Assembly: GCA_046351215.1 (NCBI GenBank)
Contig: JAXLYX010000012.1
Location: forward strand, 146,751 to 210,750
Origin: Polyangiales bacterium
Lineage (GTDB): Bacteria; Myxococcota_A; Polyangia; Polyangiales; Houyiibacteriaceae
Direction: 5' to 3'
Length of the DNA: 64,000 nucleotides
The notes under the pieces were generated by a model, which saw nothing but the letters and a program-made list of their open reading frames with translations, had not been told where the DNA came from and did not search any database. A program made the translations under genes and the position numbers. How positions within the stretch are numbered: the stretch's first letter is position 1; each line of letters begins with the position of its first letter. Below are positions 52,380 through 60,448 of this stretch, piece after piece.

Positions 52380-53303
52380 ATGGCGATGGGTCAGCCCAAC
52401 CTCGCCAGCTTGAACCTGAACGCGCTCGTCGCGCTCGACGCCCTCCTCACCGAGTGCAACGTGACGCGCGCCGCGAAGCGCGTGCGGATCACGCAGCCCG
52501 CGATGAGCCAGACGCTCGCACGCCTGCGCGAGCTCTTCGACGATCCGCTCCTCGTGCGGAAGGGACGTGGCATGGTGCGGACTCCGCGCGCCGACGCGAT
52601 GGTGGCGCCGCTCTCCGAGGCGCTGCAGGCCGTCGAGCGCGCCGTGCAGCTCGGCATGGGCTTCGATCCGAGCACGTCGAAGCGGATCTTCCGCGTGGCG
52701 ATGACGGATCTCCACGTGATGAGCGTGCTCCCGGGCGTCCTCGAGGTGCTCGGCGACAAGGCGCCCGACGTGCGCATCCAGGCGGAGCCGATGGCGCTCT
52801 CGGGCCTCTCCGAGCGCATCGGCGCGGGCGAGGTCGATCTCGCGCTCGGCTTCCTGCTGAGCGCCGCGGCGGGCCTGCGCACCGAGACGCTGCGCATCGA
52901 CGACTACGTGGTCATGGTGCGCAAGGGGCATCCCCTCGCGCGCAAGAAGCGCCTGCGCGTCGAGGACTACGCCGGCTACCACCACCTCGCGAACACGCCG
53001 GTCACCGTCGTCCCGCGCTCGCTCTCGGGCACGGGGTTCACGCTCGCGGCGACGCCACGCATCCGCGCTTCGCTCCCCTACATCCTCGGCGTGCCGGCGA
53101 TGGTGCGGGCGACGGATCTCGTCGCGACGATGCCGCGGAGCGCCGTGCCCGCGAAGGGGGAGCTCGACGGCATCGTCACGCTCGAGGCGCCGCCCGAGCT
53201 GCCGAAGGTCGAGCACTGCATGTGGTGGCATCCGCGCTTCGATCGCGATCCGGCGCACCAATGGCTGCGGCAGCTCGTGCGCGCTCAATTCGGCAAGCGC
53301 TGA
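52380..53303 (+). CDS. LysR-family transcriptional regulator
   Basis: 307 aa. wHTH VTRAAKRVRITQPAMSQTLARLRELF plus a substrate-binding domain. Divergent from the six-gene operon 52305-45287. Confidence 0.9.
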   Translation: MAMGQPNLASLNLNALVALDALLTECNVTRAAKRVRITQPAMSQTLARLRELFDDPLLVRKGRGMVRTPRADAMVAPLSEALQAVERAVQLGMGFDPSTSKRIFRVAMTDLHVMSVLPGVLEVLGDKAPDVRIQAEPMALSGLSERIGAGEVDLALGFLLSAAAGLRTETLRIDDYVVMVRKGHPLARKKRLRVEDYAGYHHLANTPVTVVPRSLSGTGFTLAATPRIRASLPYILGVPAMVRATDLVATMPRSAVPAKGELDGIVTLEAPPELPKVEHCMWWHPRFDRDPAHQWLRQLVRAQFGKR

Positions 53304-53318
53304 GCCTCGCGTCCCTGC

Positions 53319-54755
53319 TCAGGAGTCCTTCGGAGCCGCGCCGAGAAGGGCCTTCACTTCCTGGAATTCGTGGATGCCCTCGAGGCCCCACTCGCGTCCG
53401 TTGCCGGACTTCTTGTAGCCGCCGAACGGCGCGCCGAAGTCGGCCGGGGCCCCGTTGAGGTGGACGTTGCCCGCCCGCAGGCGCGATCCCACGGCGAGCG
53501 CGTGCTCGAGGCTGCCGCCGAAGACGTAGGCCGAGAGCCCGTACTCCGTGTCGTTCGCGAGGCGGATGGCCTCCTCCTCGTCGTCGTAGGGCAGGATCGA
53601 GAGGACGGGTCCGAAGATCTCCTCGCGGGCGATCGTCATGTCGTTGCGCACGTTCCCGAAGATCGTCGGCCGCACGAAGCATCCGCGATCGAGGCCCTCG
53701 GGACGGCCGAGCCCGCCCGTCACGAGCGTCGCGCCCTCTCCGACGCCGATCGCGATCATGCGCTGGATCCGCTCGAATTGGAGCCGATTCGCTACCGGTC
53801 CGATGCGTCTCTCCGCCGTGCCGAGCGTGCCTGGCGTCATCGACTCGGCGACGCCCTTCGCGATCTCGAGCGCGCGCTCGTGCTTCGCGCGGGGGACGAA
53901 CATGCGCGTCGGTGCATTGCAGGACTGGCCGCTGTTCCGCAGGCAGAGCTGCGTACCGTGCGCGACGGCCTTCTCGAGATCGGCGTCGTCCAGGATGAGG
54001 TTCGCCGACTTCCCTCCGAGCTCCTGGCTCACGCGCTTCACGCTGTCCGCGGCTGCCTTCGCCACGAGGATGCCCGCCCGGGTCGAGCCGGTGAACGAGA
54101 TCATGTCGACGTCGGGATGCGCGGAGAGCGCTTCGCCGACCGTCGGGCCATCGCCGTGCACGAGGTTGAACACGCCTGCGGGCACGCCCGCGTCGTGCAG
54201 GATCTCGGCGACGAGGTCGGCATTGCGGGGCACGAGCTCGCTCGGCTTCAGCACCATCGTGCAGCCCGCGGCGAGCGCGGGAGCGACCTTGCAGAGGATC
54301 TGGTTCAGCGGCCAGTTCCAGGGCGTGACGAGCGCGCAGACGCCGATCGGCTCGCGCACGACGAGGGTCGTGCCGCGGCGCTCCTCGAACGGATGGGCGC
54401 GGAGGATCTCGATCGCCGTGCGGAGGTGTCCGTACCCGGAAGGGACCTGCGCCATCGTCGAGAGCCAGGGAGGAGCGCCCATCTCGGTGGTCACCGCCGC
54501 CGCGAGCTCCGCCTGCCGCTCCTGGTACCGGGCTGCGATCGCCTCGAGCAGCTCGATGCGCTCCTCGCGTGTCGTCCGCGAGAACGTGGGGAACGCCTCG
54601 CGTGCGGCGGCGACCGCGCGGTCGACGTCCGCCTCCCCGCCGAGGGCGACCTTTCCGACGACCTCGTCCGTCGCGGGGTCGACGACGTCGACGATGCGGG
54701 ATTCGAGCGGGGTCACCCAGGCCCCACCGATGTAGAAGCGCGTGCTCTCGTGCAT
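53319..54755 (-). CDS. Aldehyde dehydrogenase family protein
   Basis: 478 aa. ELGGKSA, catalytic Cys in NSGQSCNAPTR, EEIFGPVL. Last gene of the four-gene operon 59258-53319. Confidence 0.9.
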   Translation of the reverse strand: MHESTRFYIGGAWVTPLESRIVDVVDPATDEVVGKVALGGEADVDRAVAAAREAFPTFSRTTREERIELLEAIAARYQERQAELAAAVTTEMGAPPWLSTMAQVPSGYGHLRTAIEILRAHPFEERRGTTLVVREPIGVCALVTPWNWPLNQILCKVAPALAAGCTMVLKPSELVPRNADLVAEILHDAGVPAGVFNLVHGDGPTVGEALSAHPDVDMISFTGSTRAGILVAKAAADSVKRVSQELGGKSANLILDDADLEKAVAHGTQLCLRNSGQSCNAPTRMFVPRAKHERALEIAKGVAESMTPGTLGTAERRIGPVANRLQFERIQRMIAIGVGEGATLVTGGLGRPEGLDRGCFVRPTIFGNVRNDMTIAREEIFGPVLSILPYDDEEEAIRLANDTEYGLSAYVFGGSLEHALAVGSRLRAGNVHLNGAPADFGAPFGGYKKSGNGREWGLEGIHEFQEVKALLGAAPKDS

Positions 54756-54764
54756 GGCCCGATC

Positions 54765-56408
54765 CTAGCGGACTCGCGGAGCGCTGGCCGCCCAGGAGCT
54801 CGCGGCCCCGGCGCGGTAGCGGTCGCGAAGCTGGTTCCGGTGGAGTTTCCCGTTCTCCTTGCGGGGCAGGGGGCCGAACTCGAGGGTGCGAGGCACCTTG
54901 AAGCGCGCCAGGTGCTCGCCGCAGAAGGCGAGCAGCTCGTTCTCGAGCTCGCTCGAGGGCTCGTGGCCCTCGCCGAGCTCGACGACGCCCTTCGCTTCCT
55001 CGCCCCACTCGGGATCCGGCACGCCCACCACCGCGGCGTCGTGGACGGCGGGATGACGCAGGAGGACGGCCTCGATCTCGGCCGGGTACACGTTCACGCC
55101 GCCGCGCACGATCACGTCGGCGCTGCGATCCGTGAGGTAGAGATAGCCTCCGTCGTCGAGGTAGCCGACGTCGCCTACGGTGAAGTAGCCACCGCGGCGT
55201 GCACGCTCCGTCTTCTCCGGATCGTTCCAGTACTCGAAGTCCATCGCGTCGGTGCGCTTCAGGTAGATGTGCCCGGGCTGGTGGGGCGGGCACTCGTTCC
55301 CTTCTTCGTCGAGGATCCTCACGTGGTCCGGCGTCGGCGGCTTGCCGACGGTGCCCGGCCGCTCGAGCCATTCCCGAGGGCTCGCGGACGCGCCCGAGCC
55401 CTCGGTCGCCGCGTAGTACTCCCAGAGGATCGGGCCGACCCACTCCATCATCGCCCGCTTCGTCTCGACGGGGCAGGGCGCGGCGCCGTGGAGGATGTAG
55501 TCGAGCGAGGAGACGTCGTACTTCCGGCGCACCGCCTCGGGCAGGCGGAGCAAGCGGTGGAACATGGTCGGGACCATGTGCGTGTGCGTGATCCGATGCT
55601 TCTCGACGAGCCCGAGCGCCCTCTCCGGATCGAACTTCTCCATGAGCACGATGCCCACGCCGAAGTCGAGCGGCATCGAGAGCGAGAAGCTGAGCGGGCC
55701 GCCGTGGTAGAGCGGGCCCGTGCAGAGGTTCCGTTGGCCCGTGCCGGCGCGGTAGCGAGGCGCGGAGTGGATGGCCGCGAGCCGCGTGGAATAGTTCGGC
55801 GGGCGAACGACCCCCTTCGGACGGCCGGTCGTGCCGGAGGTGTAGAGCATCCGTTGCCCGAGGAGGGGCTCCGCGAGGTCGGTCGCGTCCTCGGCGCCGA
55901 CCGCGTCCTCGTAGCGCTCCCACCCTTCGAGCGAGCCGCCGACGACGAATCGTGCGGTCGCGCCCGGCGAGAGCAGGACGAGCTCCCGCAGCACGTCCGA
56001 GACGAAGGCGTCCCCGACGATCGCGCGGGCGCCGCAGTCGTTCACCACGTACGCGACCTCGTCGGCCACGAGGTGCCAGCTCACCGGGGTGTAGCGGAGG
56101 CCGCTCCGTACGCAGGCGAGTACGGTCTCCACCCACTCGGGCCGGTTGCGGGCGACGATCGCGACCGCGTCACCGGGACGGAGACCGCGCGCGCGGAGGG
56201 CCCGCGCGAGGCGGTTGGCGTTCGCGTTCAGCTCGCGGAACGTGCGATCGCCGCTCGGGGAGATCACCGCCATCTCGTCGGGGAGGGCCCGTGCGTAGAG
56301 CGCGACGGCCATGCCCTTCTTCGCCGCTTCGGCGCGCTCGGGCTCGGTGGGCAACGGCAGCCCTCGTCTCGCGCCGGGGGCGGCGTCCAGGGACGGATCG
56401 ACGGTCAT
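54765..56408 (-). CDS. AMP-dependent acyl-CoA synthetase/ligase
   Basis: 547 aa from ATG 56408 (ATGA overlap with the upstream stop). AMP-binding motif LYTSGTTGRPKGV, YYAATEG, GDVGYLDDGGYLYLTDR, and C-terminal PRKENGKL. Confidence 0.9.
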   Translation of the reverse strand: MTVDPSLDAAPGARRGLPLPTEPERAEAAKKGMAVALYARALPDEMAVISPSGDRTFRELNANANRLARALRARGLRPGDAVAIVARNRPEWVETVLACVRSGLRYTPVSWHLVADEVAYVVNDCGARAIVGDAFVSDVLRELVLLSPGATARFVVGGSLEGWERYEDAVGAEDATDLAEPLLGQRMLYTSGTTGRPKGVVRPPNYSTRLAAIHSAPRYRAGTGQRNLCTGPLYHGGPLSFSLSMPLDFGVGIVLMEKFDPERALGLVEKHRITHTHMVPTMFHRLLRLPEAVRRKYDVSSLDYILHGAAPCPVETKRAMMEWVGPILWEYYAATEGSGASASPREWLERPGTVGKPPTPDHVRILDEEGNECPPHQPGHIYLKRTDAMDFEYWNDPEKTERARRGGYFTVGDVGYLDDGGYLYLTDRSADVIVRGGVNVYPAEIEAVLLRHPAVHDAAVVGVPDPEWGEEAKGVVELGEGHEPSSELENELLAFCGEHLARFKVPRTLEFGPLPRKENGKLHRNQLRDRYRAGAASSWAASAPRVR

Positions 56409-58111
56409 GGAGACCTCCTCTCGCTCGAGGCGTGTCCGCCGCGGAGGAAGGCGCCGGGGAGGGAGCCGGAGCTCGGGATGCGATCCTCGTTGCCCTGCCG
56501 GAGGACCTGGCCGTTGACGATCACCGCCGAGACGCCGATCGCATCGCTGACGAGGCGCTCCGCGCCTCCGGGGAGATCCTGCACGCGGCGCAGCTTTCCC
56601 GCGGCGACCGTCTCCGGATCGAAGACCACGACGTCGGCCGGTCGACCGACGGCCAGGAGGCCACGATCGGAGAGGCCCATGAGCTCCGCGGGGCGCTGCG
56701 TGAGCGCGTGGACCGCGGCCTCGAGGCTCAGCACGCCGGCCTGCCTCACCCAGTGGCCGAGGAGGTGGGTGGAGTAGCAAGCATCGCAGAGCTGGTCGGC
56801 GTGGGCTCCGGCGTCCGAGAGCGTCACGACGGTGTGCGGATCGACGAGGAGCTCCCGGACCTCGCCCTGGTCGTGGTTGAGGAAGGCGAAGCGGAAGCGG
56901 GCCACGAGCCCCGTCTCGATGGACGCATCGAGGACGAAGTCCACGGGATGCACGCCGCGCTCGGCGGCGACCTCGGCGAGGGGACGCTCCTCGAGCGAGG
57001 CGTTCGGCCCGTACTTCGAGATCACGCAGCGATCCACCCAGCCGGCGCAGGCGTTCTTCGCGCCGGGCACCGACTCCTCCTTGAACCGCTTGCGGAACGA
57101 GGGATCCGCGTAGGTGCGCAGCTTGCCCTCGCGACCGCTCCGCATGATCTCGCGGAAGGAGGGAAGGATCTCGAAGGGGTAGGGCTCCTCGAGGTGGAAG
57201 TCGAATTGGATCGGGCGGCAGGCGATCTGCGGGACGATGGTCAGGCCCTCCGCGGCCTGGGCGGCCGCGACGTCGAGGTAGCGTCGATGCGAGCCCGGTC
57301 CGGCCATGCCCGCGAGCAGCGCGGTCCACGTGATGGGCACGCGGTGGCGACGCGCGAGATCCGAGAGCTCGTCGTTGAAGAGGCCCTTGCCGACCGCGGC
57401 CTGGAAGACGCCCCGACCGCTCTCGCGCATGGTGGCGACCAGCGCGTCGACCTCGCCGAAGCTCGCGAGCCGGCTCGGCACGGGCTTGCCACCCGCTCCG
57501 TGGTGCGTCGCGGCCTTCGAGCTCGAGAAGCCGATCGCCCCGGCGTTCATCGCCTCGCGGACGAGGCGCTTCATGCGCTCGAGCTCCTCGGGCGTGGCCT
57601 CGCGCTCCGTCGCCTCCTCGCCCATCACGTAGAGGCGCAGGGGGGTGTGACCGAGGAGCGAGGCGACGTTGATCGCATGGCCCCGGCCCTCGACGGTCGC
57701 GACGTACTCCGGGTACGAGAGGAAGGGCCAGTCGAGGCCGAGCCCGCTCCGGAGCGCCTCGTACGACATCCCCTCGACCTTCTCGAGCGTGCGCATGATC
57801 ACGTCGCGATGCTCGGGCCGCATCGGAGCGACGCCGAAGCCGCAGTTGCCGACGACGGCGGTCGTCACTCCGTGCCAGGGCGAGCAGGTGAGCGAGCGAT
57901 CCCAGAGCAGCTGGGCGTCGTAGTGCGTGTGGATGTCGACGAAGCCGGGAGCGACGACGCGGTCCCCCGCGTCGACCGTCTCGCGCGCCGTGCCCGGAGC
58001 GTCGCCGAGGGCGACGATGCGTCCGTCCTTGATGCCGACGTCGCCGCGTCGGCGCTCCGTGCCGGTGCCGTCGACGATCGTCCCGCCGACCAACTTCAGG
58101 TCGTAGTCCAT
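56405..58111 (-). CDS. N-acyl-D-amino-acid deacylase (D-aminoacylase) family amidohydrolase
   Basis: 568 aa. N-terminal LVGGTIVDGTG...IKDGRIVALG...VAPGFVDIHTHYD is typical of the D-aminoacylase subfamily of the amidohydrolase superfamily. Confidence 0.85.
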   Translation of the reverse strand: MDYDLKLVGGTIVDGTGTERRRGDVGIKDGRIVALGDAPGTARETVDAGDRVVAPGFVDIHTHYDAQLLWDRSLTCSPWHGVTTAVVGNCGFGVAPMRPEHRDVIMRTLEKVEGMSYEALRSGLGLDWPFLSYPEYVATVEGRGHAINVASLLGHTPLRLYVMGEEATEREATPEELERMKRLVREAMNAGAIGFSSSKAATHHGAGGKPVPSRLASFGEVDALVATMRESGRGVFQAAVGKGLFNDELSDLARRHRVPITWTALLAGMAGPGSHRRYLDVAAAQAAEGLTIVPQIACRPIQFDFHLEEPYPFEILPSFREIMRSGREGKLRTYADPSFRKRFKEESVPGAKNACAGWVDRCVISKYGPNASLEERPLAEVAAERGVHPVDFVLDASIETGLVARFRFAFLNHDQGEVRELLVDPHTVVTLSDAGAHADQLCDACYSTHLLGHWVRQAGVLSLEAAVHALTQRPAELMGLSDRGLLAVGRPADVVVFDPETVAAGKLRRVQDLPGGAERLVSDAIGVSAVIVNGQVLRQGNEDRIPSSGSLPGAFLRGGHASSERRSP

Positions 58112-58127
58112 CGGTGCTCCTACTCGC

Positions 58128-59258
58128 TCAGGCGACGACGGGGGGCTGCTCGGGGGCGTCGAGCCCGAAGAGCTCGACGCAGTTGTCCCGGAGGATGCGG
58201 CGGAGCTCGTGGGGCGAGAGCCCGGCCGTGTGCTTCGCCAGGAGCTCCTGCGAGAGCGGCCACGTCGAGTCGGAGTGCGGGAAGTCGTTGGCCCACATGA
58301 TCCGGTCCACGTTCAGCTGGTCCTTCACGCGGAAGGCCGTCCAATCGTCCTGGAACGTGAGCCAGATGTTCTCGAAGAAGTACTCCGAGGGCAGACGCGA
58401 GAGCTCGGGGGCCTTGTTCCAGAAGCGATGCCGCTTGTAGATGTGGTCCATGCGGTAGGTGTAGTGGGGCACCCAACCCGCATCGGCCTCGACGCACGCG
58501 ACCTCGAGCTTCGGGTGACGCTCGAAGACGCCCGAGTAGATCAGCATCCCGACGATGTCCTGACAGCCGCGGATCACGTTGAGGAGCGCGTTGATCTTCG
58601 GTCCGCGGTGTCCGCCGTAGGACTTGTTCGTGAGGATGTGGAAGCAGAGGGGCAGCTCGAGCTCGACGGCCGCGGACCACAGGCGGTCGTACTGCGGGTC
58701 GTCGTAGTCGGCCTCGCCGGGCATGCCCGACATCATCACGGCCTTGAAGCCCATCTCCTTGATGGTGCGGAGCTCCTCGACGCCTTCCTTCGCGTTCTTG
58801 ATCGCGGCCTGGCCCGCGCCGTAGAGGCGAGTCGGCGCGAAGCTGCAGTATTCCTGGAGCCAGCGGTTGTACGCGACCATGCACGCGTGGCGGTAGTCGA
58901 GGTCTTCGTGGCCCGCGAGCGGCATGCCGACCGTCGCGAAGAGCAGCTCGGCCGCGACGCCGTCACGCGCCTGGTCGGCGAGCCGATGCTTCGGATCCCA
59001 GCCGGAGCGGTGCCAGTCCTCGAAGCTCCGCCCGCTGAAGCGCATCTGGCTCGATTCCTCGCCGGCGGCGGCGACGAGGCCCATCGGGACGGACATCGAG
59101 TCGAGGCCCGGGATCACGTAGATGTCGCCACGCTTCTCGCGCCGGATGTGCGGCGCGCGATCGCGGTACGCCGGATCGATGAAGCGGCTGTAGCAGTCGG
59201 GCGGCTCGGTCACGTGAGAGTCCGCCGAGACGAATCCGAAATCGAACCTGGGCTCCAT
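58128..59258 (-). CDS. Amidohydrolase_2 family metal-dependent hydrolase/decarboxylase, copy B
   Basis: 376 aa from ATG 59258 (MEPRFDFGFVSADSHVTEP). C-terminal IMWANDFPHSDS. Same family as 50059-51270. Confidence 0.85.
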   Translation of the reverse strand: MEPRFDFGFVSADSHVTEPPDCYSRFIDPAYRDRAPHIRREKRGDIYVIPGLDSMSVPMGLVAAAGEESSQMRFSGRSFEDWHRSGWDPKHRLADQARDGVAAELLFATVGMPLAGHEDLDYRHACMVAYNRWLQEYCSFAPTRLYGAGQAAIKNAKEGVEELRTIKEMGFKAVMMSGMPGEADYDDPQYDRLWSAAVELELPLCFHILTNKSYGGHRGPKINALLNVIRGCQDIVGMLIYSGVFERHPKLEVACVEADAGWVPHYTYRMDHIYKRHRFWNKAPELSRLPSEYFFENIWLTFQDDWTAFRVKDQLNVDRIMWANDFPHSDSTWPLSQELLAKHTAGLSPHELRRILRDNCVELFGLDAPEQPPVVA

Positions 59259-59352
59259 GGATGTTCCCCCGTCGGGCGGCTTGCCCGAAACGCATGCCCA
59301 CCTGGTAGGCGACGAAGGGGGGCTCATCGAAATCGGATTTCCGCATGCACCC

Positions 59353-59405
59353 ATTCGGGGGCCGAATGCATGTTCGCGAATCGCCTTCGAATCGAGGCAA
59401 TTCGG
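59353..59405. promoter_or_regulatory. Array of ATTCG/CGAAT half-sites in the 221-bp divergent intergenic region
   Basis: The array reads ATTCGG(59353) ggg CCGAAT(59362) gcatg TTCGCGAAT(59373) cgcc TTCGAAT(59386) cgaggca ATTCGG(59400). It contains the palindromes TTCGCGAA and TTCGAA. Upstream direct repeats CGCATGC occur at 59291 and 59342. Confidence 0.35.
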
Positions 59406-59479
59406 TGTCGCGGCGGGCGCTCTGCGTCGGCTCGGCACGCCCTTTACGGCACGCGCATCCGCGTCCTATTCAATGCGCC

Positions 59480-60448
59480 ATGACTCCCTCCACTCGTCGA
59501 TTCACTCCTCCGATTCCCAATGGTTGGTTCGTCGTCGCGACGAGCGAAGAGCTCGCGCCCGGCACCGTGAAGCCCCTCCACTACTTCGGGAAGGAGCTCG
59601 TGGTCTTCCGCTCCTCCTCGGGCCAGGTGGCGGTCCTCGACGCCTACTGTCCGCACCTCGGCGCCCACCTCGGACACGGCGGCAAGGTCGATGGAGACGA
59701 GCTCGTCTGTCCCTTCCACTCGTGGAGGTTCGACGTCCGCGGCGAGCTCACCAGCGTGCCCTACGCGAAGCGTCTGCCGCAGAAGGCGAAGATGCCGTGC
59801 TGGTCCGTGAAGGAGCTCGCCGGCCTCGTCTTCGTCTGGCACCACGCGCTCGGGGCGGCTCCCGAGTGGGACATCCCGGAATCCGTTCCCGAGTACGACT
59901 CGGACGAGTGGAGCGACTACTTCACGCACGTCACCGAGCTCCGCTCGAACAACCTCGACATGGCCGAGAACCAGGTCGACTCGGCACACTTCCACTACGT
60001 GCACGGCGCGACGAACCTCCCTCGGTCGGAGGGGAGCGTCGACGGTCACATCATGCGGGTGAAGTCGATCACCGGCATGCAGACTCCGATGGGGCCTGTG
60101 GACGGCATTGTCGAGAGCACTTCGTACGGCTTCGGTCTCTCGTTCGTGCGCATGAGCGGGCTCGTCGACACGCTCCTCGTCGCGACCCAGACGCCGATCG
60201 ACGACGACCACCTCCACGTCCGCTTCAACTTCATGGTGAAGAAGACCGGCGGCGCGGATGTGACGCGCGGCATCGGCAAGGCCTGGCTGAAGGAGGTCGT
60301 GCGGCAGCTCGAGCAGGATCGCCCGATCTGGGAGAACAAGGTCCAGCACGAGAACCCGCTGCTCTGCGACGGTGACGGGCCGATCGGGGTCTTCCGGCGC
60401 TGGTGCCGGCAGTTCTACACGTGGCCGGCCAAGGAGGCTGCCGAGTGA
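59480..60448 (+). CDS. Rieske [2Fe-2S] non-heme-iron oxygenase, KshA/VanA-like single-subunit class, copy B
   Basis: 322 aa from ATG 59480. CPHLGAHLGHGG...CPFHSWRF. Iron motif ENQVDSAHFHYVHG. Paralog of 51313-52305. The local DNA around the Rieske motif is clearly similar by eye. Confidence 0.85.
   Translation: MTPSTRRFTPPIPNGWFVVATSEELAPGTVKPLHYFGKELVVFRSSSGQVAVLDAYCPHLGAHLGHGGKVDGDELVCPFHSWRFDVRGELTSVPYAKRLPQKAKMPCWSVKELAGLVFVWHHALGAAPEWDIPESVPEYDSDEWSDYFTHVTELRSNNLDMAENQVDSAHFHYVHGATNLPRSEGSVDGHIMRVKSITGMQTPMGPVDGIVESTSYGFGLSFVRMSGLVDTLLVATQTPIDDDHLHVRFNFMVKKTGGADVTRGIGKAWLKEVVRQLEQDRPIWENKVQHENPLLCDGDGPIGVFRRWCRQFYTWPAKEAAE

Noticed and set aside
53370-56777. The largest ORF in the track (1135 aa, + strand), together with 53176-56136 (986 aa, - strand) and 55952-58300 (782 aa, + strand).
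   Set aside because: Their composition is dominated by Arg, Gly, Ala, Asp, Glu, His and Pro with no motifs. They lie antisense to, or out of frame with, the ALDH, acyl-CoA synthetase and D-aminoacylase genes, which carry unambiguous family motifs. They are typical stop-codon-poor shadow frames of high-GC DNA.
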